Shown here one piece after another: positions 26,884-37,900 of a stretch of 64,000 bases of DNA. The stretch's first letter is position 1, and every line of letters starts with the position of its first letter. A program made the position numbers and the translations under genes. The DNA comes from Balanoglossus misakiensis. Taxonomy: Eukaryota > Animalia > Hemichordata. Below the pieces are notes generated by a model, which was not told where the DNA came from, made no database searches, and worked only from the letters and a program-made list of their open reading frames with translations. The DNA lies in contig CM082581.2 of assembly GCA_040954595.2 (NCBI GenBank), positions 4,146,699-4,210,698 of the forward strand, given 5' to 3'.

Positions 26884-27610
26884 CCACACATAGTTGAGTA
26901 TTTCAATTTTTCTTAGATTAGGCCTACTAATATACAATTCGATAATCGTTTTTTCGAAGTTCAGAAACAGAGAAATGAAAAATGGGGGCGCGTTATCTGT
27001 AGTTACATTGTTGGCACCTGCCGGCTGCCGTGTTGTGTTTAGTTGGTGTTAAGACGAGATCAAAGTAAGGGAACTGCGAGAGAAATGTTCCCAGACCCCA
27101 CTCAGCATCAATGGACATTCAATCAATGTCATGATAGGCGAAAGATTTTGCAAGGGATTCGATATAACTTGGCATAGTTTTAATTCCAGTGTTGGTATTC
27201 CCAGGTAAATTGTGTATCCCATGCGCGTCCCCCAGTCATGGAGAAGGCGGTCTTTTTATATCATCACGCTCCGTGAAAACAAGAAAAGGATACGCTCTTT
27301 CCGAAGACGTGCAAGAGAAAAGATATCCGTCGGATTCTCCTCATTTAAGAAATTGTGCAAACCATGAATTCAGAAATCGCCCGGGGATACGAGGCGAGGC
27401 TTTACTTTTCTAATAGGTAATCTTGAAAGACGACACGACTACTGCGAGCGATGAAAATAGTCTCATTGTTCTATTGAGTATTGACACGGCTGTGACTGTA
27501 TTGGAATATTATTTCTCCCTCTCATATTATGACCAGAGGAACGGAATGCCAATCCGTATTTACCAAAATAATATAAGCAGGACAAGCGAGCGATAGGTCG
27601 CTTGTTCGCT

Positions 27611-27962
27611 TTAAAGCCTCTAGAGCTGCCAATTTTTGCACTATTTTCATGACTTTATTTTCCAACTTAAATTGGTCCATCTAAATAAGCTTACTGATAG
27701 GTATACATGAACACCTTATCGATGCCCGATTGTGACTGCATGTTGCAATTTGAACACGCCATATATTAAACGGGTGCCGCACCCATTTAATCAGCCTTCA
27801 AACACTACGCAGCTACCGTAGTATGCGTCGCCAAGAGATGACAAACTGATGCAAATGCAAGTAATACGGCTTAATGGTGTGGATTTTAGCGGATAGGGAA
27901 TGTATTTGAAGTATTTTACTGTGGAAAAAAATTGTGAAATTTAGCAGCTCTGGAGGCTTTAA
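27611..27962. mobile_element. TTAA-flanked non-autonomous DNA transposon (MITE B, about 350 bp)
   Basis: Left end TTAAAGCCTCTAGAGCTGC and right end GCAGCTCTGGAGGCTTTAA form an 18/19 inverted match including TTAA, with weaker inverted similarity extending inward. Confidence 0.75.
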
Positions 27963-28921
27963 ATTTCAAATTAGGATAGTGGGGAGTATGAACAATAATA
28001 ATGGAAAATACTAGTAAAGATTAAGTAAGATAAATGGTCAAATCTGTAGTTATTTAGATTACGTCATCTGCATAGTCTATTAAGAAGTATATGCAGTTTC
28101 ACATTGCAAATTAATTATGTCTGATATGAAAGGTACCCGTATGGAGTTGTTGATAACTTGGTAGAATATTGAATTGTAATGAATGGGCAATTTGCATGGG
28201 CCGTATAAACGCATATTTATAAAACAAATCTTCATTTCACAATCATTTCCCAGGCACACATTAATATTCGATAGCGTCATTCTACTGCCCCAGGCTGTTA
28301 CGATGACAACCGCATTGGTCATACTAGTAGTTTGGGTCTATGTTTTGATCAAGAATAACATTTATCTGACATGATAAAAACACTCATCGGAATTCACCTG
28401 ACAAAGACCAGAAAACTGCAGAATATAATAAGAATGAAAATACGGGTGTCAGTTGAAATAGAATTAACATTGCTAAGACCATGTGTCGAGTTTAAATTGG
28501 TACTACTGTATGGAATACCTTCATTCATTCGTTCGTTCGTTCATTTATTCTGTTATTTTTTTATTGATTTATGCCCATACATACAATAGATCACACTTGT
28601 GAATATTTAGATGATAAGGGTTCATTAATAATGCAGCGACAATAATTTGCAGACTAATATTCGTTATCATGGTGACGTTACAATACACACCAATGATCCA
28701 TTATCATTCATATCGTCTTCGACTTTATTGATTGCAAAAGTGTTTTGTCAAGATCCAGTGTCCTCGCTTACCCATGCAGTCGCCATTGTGTTGTACTGTA
28801 CGCTGTGAGTAGCTTCGTCTAAGCACACCCTTGAGAGTTGTGTCAATCTAACAGACTAACAGGATAGACGGAGGCGTTGGAATGCGCGATTAATATACGT
28901 CCGGATATCGTCAGGTAAGCC

Positions 28922-28982
28922 TTTCTCCGTCTCCTCTCTCTGCCTTTGTCTCTCTCTCCCCCATCTCCCTCTCTGTCTGTCC

Positions 28983-29053
<71 letters not shown>

Positions 29054-29187
29054 CCTCCCTGCCCCTCTGTCTGTCTCTCCCTCCCTGCCCCTCTGTCTGT
29101 CTCTGTCTCCCTGCCCTTCTGTCTGTGTCTGTCTCCCTGCCCTTCTGTCTGTCTCTGTCTCCCTCCCCTCTCTCTATCTCTCTCTCT
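28922..29187. repeat. (CTGT)n microsatellite plus degenerate pyrimidine-rich minisatellite
   Basis: Direct reading; recurring ctccctgcccc/ttctgtctgt units. Confidence 0.92.
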
Positions 29188-31417
29188 GAAGACGTGTAAG
29201 CTCTCTGTATTTCATCACATTACTGTAATACATGTCTGAGTGGTTATTTACTCGCCTTTTTCCAAATGTATAATTAATATATTTCTTGCTTCGGTTGCTA
29301 GGGTGATTTGTCATGGCGTTCTTACAGACGCCTAATGCTAAGCTTATATATAAGCGATAACAGACTGTGAAGGGATAGGGATACTCAGTGCAGACATCTT
29401 GAGGACAAAAATCTTCATCGCCGCTCTGAGAATTCATTGCGATGATTAATTAGGGAAACGACTAGGAAGGAGCGTTACATTGAGTGTGTAACTGGGTGCC
29501 ACTGTTGACAAATGAGCAGGCATGGGTTCATCTGTTGTATATGTAGAAATTATTTCGTTCAAGTACACATATAAAATTAACGTCAGGTAGGCTAAAATGT
29601 TAAAAATGGAACCGTGTACTGCGTCATATGACAAAGACTTTCAATGTTCATGAGAAGATGTGGACAATCACGAATTTACACAAAACGGTGACGTGATTCC
29701 CATTGCTGAGTACCTTCATTTCAACATCATTGATTTATTGAACAACAGAGAGAGGTATTGCAAAAGCCTCTAATTTAACACCTGGAATATGACACATATA
29801 AAACGCTCGGTTTGAGTATTGACGGGGCGAACGTGTTATAATTTCCGTTCTGCCCTACTTGGGTATTTACACTGTATCCATTTTTTGAGAGATCATTGAT
29901 TTCAGCATGAACGTACAAGAGACGTCTGATTTAAATGAGTGCAGAGAGAATTCGTCGTTTTTGCACCATTTTAATCATGACAACTAAAATCAGATATCGC
30001 CAGTTATCAAATAACTTTAGTTGAACCTCAACGTCCGTTGATCAATCGGCATTTTCACAGTTGCAGCGATGTTAGTATAGAATTAATGAAACCCTGTGGT
30101 GAGTGCATGTACAAACTGATTCGGGAAATTCAGCGCCAATGAATTGAAGCAGTCATTTTGACGATTGGCAACCATTATTTCCAGAGCATATATACATTTA
30201 TAACGTAAGTTTTAACATCGTAATGTTTGCATTTGTATTTGTAACATGTTTTTATTTGAAACATTTCATTTTTAGTAACGTGACGCAGTTTCGTTTGTTA
30301 CGAGGCGGCTGTTAATTCTATCTCAACTGTTGCTGCAACCTTCCCTACTTCAATTGCGCAATTGGGATGGGCGCCTCTTTGTCTACTATTAACCGTAACG
30401 TTGTTACACTTTCAGAGATAACGTGTCGCTGGCATAAAAGAAATACGGTGTTGCTAGTTAGGCGGCTGTTGCAGCTATTTTGAATTTTGTAGTACTTGTA
30501 TTTTATTAACACCAATCTAGAATTCAAAGATATCACAGAAAAGCAAGTAAAACCTATGAGAACAAATATCATCCGTAACACGCCACATAATACTTTTGAG
30601 TGATCCAACTTTATTGTGTGTTGTTAATCATTAATAATTCATAAAGGCCGAACCAGCATCTAATATTTGTCCCGCATCATTCACCTCACTGTATCCAATT
30701 TGCAGGCCACATCAATTAGTGCCGAGCACAATGAAGATAATGAAAATGAAACCAATGACCCGTTCACGTAGCACACAATATAGTCTTGCTTGATTGCGTC
30801 TCATTGCTTTGTAAGAGCATATCGGCTTCACCTCTGAAATGAGTATCTGTCCGTGTGAGCGATTACCCGTTGACATGGTTACATGTCTGTTGATAAAACA
30901 AGCATAATAAAAGTTTATGATGCGTTTAAGGAGAGAAGATCTTCACATTTCATGTCTTCACTCGTGATTATTTGAGTTCAGAGAATTTGAATTATTGTTA
31001 GCATTATAAAAAATCATCTTAAGTGTTAATTACATTAACAGTAAGTGGGGATAAGGAAATATAGTCGCCGCGCAATTTACAACAAGCCGTCCATCTTTTT
31101 TCCATTTTGTTAATTAAACGATGACAATGTACACATGTGGCAGGCAAAACATAGACGTCCATAATAGTAAGAAATATTGATTAATTGCATCATCCATATC
31201 CATTGTCTCGCCTTGCTTCTATTGTTTTGTTCCCACTGTCGATAAAGTGAATATAACTGTTTCTGTTACTTTATTTCTTTTGCTCAGTTTATTACAATAA
31301 TATACCAACCACGTTTCTATTTTTACTCCGTTTGGAACAGGCATTAACCGTAACAGCTGCCTTGGACACAGCAACCGACTCAAACCAATTGCCAGATCGC
31401 AGATTCGCCATACTAAC

Positions 31418-32524
31418 ATGGAAACGTCGTCTGCAACAGATACAGTTTCTTACGACACACCATTCACCGATGTTCAGAATTCCACTTCTACCTTACTCAA
31501 TGATAGTCGCAGTTTGGTCTATTTTCGGAGATGCCATTCATTCGAAGGAAGCTTAGAAGGATCATTGACTACCGCCTTGGCAGTCGTCGCGGTGATCATT
31601 AATTTGTTGATGTTGATGGTTTTTGCCAGGGTCCCCATGATTCGGATCTCAACAATGGTTTTATTCTGTAACATCGGCGTTTGTGACATCATCTTGGTCG
31701 TGGAAGATGCCCTTTTTGTTGGACGGAAAACGACTTGCGGAACGCTGATACCGCTAGATCTGCCCGTGAAGGCGTCTACTTGTACCGTCGCTGTCATAGC
31801 AACGGAACGCTTGTACGCAGTCTGTTATCCACACATGTACAGCAGAAGGAAATTAAATGATAAAGGAGAGATCGGCGCACTCCTAATGTCAACATGGCTG
31901 CTCGGAATACTAATTTCTACCGCACAATTTTTATTGAGTCGTTGCTATCACGCTAATCATATCTTTCCATATTTATTATCTGAAATCTTGAATTTGGCAT
32001 TCTTTACTGTTTGCCTGACTATTTGTTTCATATTTTATAATCGCATTGAAAAAAGAATGAAATTGGGTGTTGTTATACCCGATACATTTCAAGGTATTTT
32101 CGAAGAGGCTGACTTGATACAGTTGTGTCGCATAATTACTGCGATACATTTTGTGATGTATTTCTGTCTGCTGGCCACCAGATTTATATACACATGTCTC
32201 TTTGCGACACATTATAGATTCTTAGAAACATCTTATTGTTCTTATAGGATATCTCAGGTATTAATTGTCATCAGTGCAATTATAAAGCCCGTCACTGCAT
32301 TTTCTGTCAACCAAAGACTGCGAAAGTCTTTTAAGCACGCATTCAGGTCATGCAGGAACCGAGATGAAAATCACGATCCAAAGAAGAAAGTCAATAAAAA
32401 GACCTTGAGCAAATATACCACAAACCGTGTTGTACCAATACCCGATGACAACACAGTTAACTCCGTGAGTAATGATTTTCAAGGTAGACGCTCAAGGAGA
32501 GAACAGATCGACTTGTTTGACTAA
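31418..32524 (+). CDS. Intronless, divergent class A GPCR, 368 aa; probable paralog of 17418-18404
   Basis: Multiple TM segments, N-terminal NST/NDS sequons, TM2 IGVCD, TM3 IATERLYAVCYP, TM4 STWLLG and helix 8 LRKSFKHAF. The ICL1/TM2 segment (RVPMIRISTMVLFCNIGVCD) aligns with the first GPCR (RTPAMRTPTNVLLLSLAVCD). Confidence 0.85.
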   Translation: METSSATDTVSYDTPFTDVQNSTSTLLNDSRSLVYFRRCHSFEGSLEGSLTTALAVVAVIINLLMLMVFARVPMIRISTMVLFCNIGVCDIILVVEDALFVGRKTTCGTLIPLDLPVKASTCTVAVIATERLYAVCYPHMYSRRKLNDKGEIGALLMSTWLLGILISTAQFLLSRCYHANHIFPYLLSEILNLAFFTVCLTICFIFYNRIEKRMKLGVVIPDTFQGIFEEADLIQLCRIITAIHFVMYFCLLATRFIYTCLFATHYRFLETSYCSYRISQVLIVISAIIKPVTAFSVNQRLRKSFKHAFRSCRNRDENHDPKKKVNKKTLSKYTTNRVVPIPDDNTVNSVSNDFQGRRSRREQIDLFD

Positions 32525-32898
32525 CGCCCTCGCTGGCGAGAGAAATGGTTGATACATTCCTGTGGAAATCGATAATGACATGAATATTGCAATATTTTTT
32601 TCTGTTCTATCAACTGCATTGACAAAATAACGCCTTATCACTTAAATGATTACATACAAGTTGACACCATTTTTTTGGTGTCAGGTTCGATTACACAATC
32701 CTATACTATTAACATTATTTTTTCATTGTAATAACTATACAGTAGTTGATATAATTTACATTCAGATAATAAACGAAATGGACTGTACTTTTTTAGTTGA
32801 GATAATAATGAGAATGTGTAGAAAGATACAACGTGAGTGTGTCTTTGTTGTGTTGTTTCGTTTCTGCCCGGTTTGGAGGGGCTGTTATCCATATACAT

Positions 32899-33050
32899 CA
32901 ATCTGATTAAAATCAGATGTAGGGTAGGTGACGTCTTTTACTTACGCGGTGCAGTATTCTTGTGTTGTAGTGTGAGGCGACATCATAAGAATACCGTACC
33001 GTGTAAGTAAAAGACGTCGCCCAACCCTACATCTGATTTTAATCAGATTG
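32899..33050. mobile_element. Fold-back (palindromic) MITE family C, full copy
   Basis: Arms of about 60 bp, caatctgattaaaatcagatgtagggt..gacgtcttttacttac / gtaagtaaaagacgtc..accctacatctgattttaatcagattg, around a short loop. Confidence 0.8.
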
Positions 33051-33849
33051 CTAATTACACGTACATCGTTTCTCTTCTCTAGTGTAAGTGTATTGGGAAA
33101 AGCGCCCTCATATCCGTTCGTTTTTCACGTATCGTTGGCAACCGAGGCTGGAGGGAAGTGACTACCAACGGTTTCTTTTGTCTTTAGGGACCGGTTATTT
33201 TAACTGTCTGGGGATGCCGGGCTTTTCAGACATGGCCCAGTTCACCCAAAGTGACCCCGACCCAGATTTCATAATCAGGGCCAAACGTTCACGTGCCACA
33301 ATTTCCATGATTTGTACCAAGTGGAATGCTTCTTCTTTCATATGGTCACCAGGCAACCAATTGGTTATTCTTGAAGTGCCCTTAATTGGCCACAAAGGTG
33401 CTTACTCTAGTAATAATGATGCCATGGTAATTGTCCATCATTACCAGCAGATCTGAAAAAAGAGATACATGTGTAACCTTTGGTCTATAACCGACTAATG
33501 ACAATTACTATTGGCTTTATCGACAGTGACAAAATATCATGTTGCAAATTTCTCATCGTCATGGATTTTATGTAAAACAATCATATCACACGCGGTATTT
33601 GATTTGAGAAATGTCCTCAGATTATCGTGAAAGTATATTTTTATTTTGGGGTTCAAACCACGTCCATGCACGTGTTATATGATGTGACCGTCTTTCAATT
33701 TTGTTTCAGGCTGAATCGTCAAGCTATTTTCCTTACCATAACCCTGAACGGTATTCATGTGTGACAATGTGTGTATAGTCAAATATCGACGGTTGCAGAT
33801 TACCAGCTCTGAACAAACTTGGATTTAAAAAAAACTCTAGCATACAGGT

Positions 33850-33930
33850 AGTCTGGGTTACCCAGACCCCTCTGCTTCTCTTTCTGGAGTGCCCAACGGA
33901 AGAAGCAGAGGGGTCTGGGTAACTGAGACT
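33850..33930. repeat. Short fold-back element (30-bp arms)
   Basis: agtctgggttacccagacccctctgcttct ... agaagcagaggggtctgggtaactgagact. Confidence 0.75.
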
Positions 33931-34934
33931 GGCATACAGGAAACTTTGTGTGAAGCTTTTGCTACGATCAAAAACAACAACATGGTTGTTTGGCATAGCG
34001 AGCTGTAACATTTTAACTTCCCTGTTACAACTTGAGCCCGTTATACAATGTTATATTGCAATTATTGCAATATGTGGAAAGAAGAAGAAAACAGGCATGA
34101 TATACAATTTAGAAAACACTTTAATCGGCTGTCATAAAATACTATATACAGTATAAAAGCAGATCAAAACCCCAGTAACTCCAACATTGTTGTATTTTCT
34201 CAGTATTTTTGTTTTGGGTATCTAATGGGATTTCTCGTTGTAATCTGTGAAACATATAGAATTGCTCAATACTTGGTTTTTCAACACAACCTTTTGTAGT
34301 GATCAGCATTATTATTGTTGGCAAATGAATTCAAGTCCGGACTTGAATTCAATGTTCAACCTTCTCAAAACCTCATGTAGCTTACTATAAGTTACACGAT
34401 TTGTTGAAAAGCTAAAGACTAAAACACTTCATAAAGCCATCCGAAGCATAACAAGTTGATACACAAGAGAAAAATACTGAAAAAATAGCCAAAAGTTTGA
34501 GTTACCGGGGCTTTAATCCGTTGTCAAAAGATTTGCTCTGATATGTACACGTTCTGCTCTCACATATAAAGGTACATGTATTACATTTTTAGTGACCTGA
34601 AGATATGCCTCAGTGATAAAGTTCTCTATGAAAATGAATGTGTAGATTTAAACGTCAGTACCATAATGGGTTTCTATGTTGACCGATATCAGCTACTCAG
34701 TAGTGTGAACTAGGGTTTTACTTCACTCTTCTGAGATCAAACTAACTGATATTGAAGCACGAGCTTTCGAAGACCTGCAGTCTCCTTCATCAGATGCATC
34801 GTAACGATTACAATATTTATTTTGAGCTGTTTAAAAGATCGTTTCTCATTCTCGCTACTTGTCGCGAAATTCCTGACGCTGATGGCTTCATGTGTTAACA
34901 TTTCTCTTCGATGGCACACCGAACCGTAAAAGAC

Positions 34935-37900
34935 TTAGATACTTGCTTCAATAGTAACATACACATCGTCATGGTCGTTGTCGCTTAGACCTGGCGTTTC
35001 AGTATGTGTTATAGACACTGGTGATTGTCTGCCCTCTTGACTATGTCGTTGTGTTTTCCTTCTGCAGTCGGAGCAATTGCACGAAAAGTTTCTGAAAAAT
35101 TCCCGGTTCGTAAACGGACTCAAAAACACATCGTCTTCGCCAGACTCTCCTGTGTGACTGATTCCCGTTGAAAGGGACGAGAAACCCGAGCTCTCTATGC
35201 CTAATGGGAAACTGTTTCTTCTTACAATAACACTAGATTTCGGGGGTGGTTGAGGTCGGACACGAGGCAGTTCTAGTCCATTTTCTGTGACGTTGTTGTT
35301 CAGTCTTTGCGCATGATCTTTACAAACACGGTGGCATGTATCTTCATCGATGTTGGCGGTGTCCATTTTGCTGCTGTTGTCAGTGCCTACCGGTTGGTTC
35401 CCGTTTTGTATTTCCTTGTCATTTAGGACGCCTCCGAACGGAAACTGTGAACTGTCCCTTTCCGTCGTGCTTGTCATGTGTTCCCCCACACGTAAGTCTG
35501 CATCTCGTTGGCGGCACTGTCCCTTCGGCAGAGCGGTTTTCAACTCAGCCACTGACTTCTCATTTCGTTCGTCGGCCATGACATCTATGGGATTGCTAAT
35601 GCCGCCCACCGTTATTGTGATTCCGTCCGATTCATCAAAATAGTCTTTCAGGTTTACCGCCATCGATTTTGGAGCAATCTCACTCTCAATGTCAGTACTG
35701 AAGCGAACGCTTGACGTGGATTTCTTGATTTGTTTGTTTTGATTTTTTAATGTGGTGTGAATACGCAAGCTTAGAGAGTCCATACTGTGGTGGTTGGACG
35801 ATAACAAGGACGATGACCTTTTCCCGCCTGCTGCATCGACAGCAGACGAGGCTCTTCTGGCCGCGTGCTGCATTGTTAGTTTTCGCACGGCAGCCGGTGT
35901 GTTCAACTGCGGTTTCATGATGATTATGAAACACTTTGGTCCAAAAACGCACATCAGCATTCCATACGACGAAGCTATCAACACAACACACTGTGCTAGA
36001 GCTTTGTATTTGCCATACGTCCACAGAAAGGCGGGAAAATATGTTAACCAGACGACAAAATAGACAAGCATGGAGAACATGATATGTTTGGTTTCATTGA
36101 AGTTCTCCGGCAGCCTTCGGGCCCTTATGGCGAAACCAAGACACACGCCCGCTATAGTCCAGGTGTAGAGAACCAGAACCACTGTCGGGGCAACCGCGAC
36201 GTCTTTGCACTCAACGTAGGTGACAGTCTTAGAAATGTCGTTATTGTAAACGACCTCAGGCGGCACTACCACTGACGTCACGACGTAGATGAGTAGCTGA
36301 ACAAAAACGAGTATCAGGACGATCATGATCTGAAGGCGCGTTCCAACCCAGCGATTTCGCTGCAGTGACGACGGCAGCTTCGCCTGGAATATCGTCAGCA
36401 CGCTGTGCGTTTTGACCAGCAATATGGACACACACCCGGTGAATCCGCAGCTCCTAAGCGGGGTCTGGATGAGACACTGAATATCGGTGGGTAATCCCAA
36501 GTAGAAGAACACACTTGCAAAGCATAACATGACGAAGGTCAGAAGCACGAAACTCAGATCGCGATTGGAGGCCTTCACCACCGGAGTACCGCTACACTTG
36601 ATGAACAGACAAATAACGACGGATGTAGCGAGAATACCAAGAGATGTCAATATCACCACCACGAGGCCACCAGCTTCACCCCATTCCAAATAATTCAGCG
36701 ATTTCACCTGGCACTCCGTGTTATTTAAGTTGGACCAAAAGCCAATCGGGCAGAGTGTGCAGGTAGAAGCCCCTGAAAAGAAAAAAAAGAAGAAAAATTA
36801 AGAATATTTTACTTACGCGGTACGGTATTCATATGTTGTCGCCTCACACTATCGTACTATGCAAGTAAAAGACGTCGCCGTACCCTACATCTGATTTTAA
36901 TCAGATTGCTTCAAACGCGTATTGTTGTCACGTGATAAATTTCGGGGAAAATGAATAATTCCCTGCGTTTGCGACGTTACAGAATGCATGGCTGTGCTTT
37001 CTATTTTTGTGTGTAATACTGGGTACACGAAAAGCTTATTAAATATATTATCTTGTGACTTGTTTGAGAAGACTTACCAGTCGTGTTGGATATTTCTCCG
37101 TCCAAACAGGGAACACACTCAAAACAGCAATTAGGAGCCCCGGGAATAACGCCTTTCCTGGTGCCTGGAGAACACGGTTGACTGCATACAGATACGGGGA
37201 TCTACAAAAAAACACACAGAGAAAACCAGTTACTTTGGTCACAAAACTGGTGGTATTTTTTGAAATATGGGAAGCGAATTTCTGACGAACTGCATCAGTA
37301 TGTTGGCCCGACATTGATACTGCCACGTCGTGTGACAACGACCTCGCTCTACTTTGAATGATCTCAATCAAATCCTCGACCCTTACTTAAATCAATTTTG
37401 GAATATGCCTGTGGTTAAAGTGGGTACAAAATTTAAAGCAGGTTTACTTCAGAATACTTGATTTCATTACTCTTCTGAAATGACGTCATTGTGACTGTTT
37501 ATTTGTCTCTGAAGTAAATGTAATTGTTATCTCAGATGTATTTTAGAATGTGTATATCCTTAGTGATTTCTTTATCAGTTTACAATGTCCACTTTGGCTG
37601 ATTTGCGCTTTGTAGTGATTCGTGTTGACATTGAAATGTACAGAAGACTAAGAGCGTGCTTTTTTATTCATCTCAACTGTACTGATGTATTTGAAAGGAG
37701 GTGGTGCAGATTTCTTGATAGATGTGATTTACCTGATCAGTTTCGGCCTTATAGTCCCACACAATATTCGTGTCATTCATTGATAATTTCTTTCCGTCTG
37801 CTGCACTCCCATCGTACATGCCAACTTCGACAAAATTGACGCCGTCACCAGATGACGACTCTTGCCAGTTGACCACGTGGTACAATGCAGTGACGTCACC

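Noticed and set aside
33090-33460. Exon-like segment with a minus-strand acceptor near 33453
   Set aside because: In-frame stops in each frame and no recognisable product.
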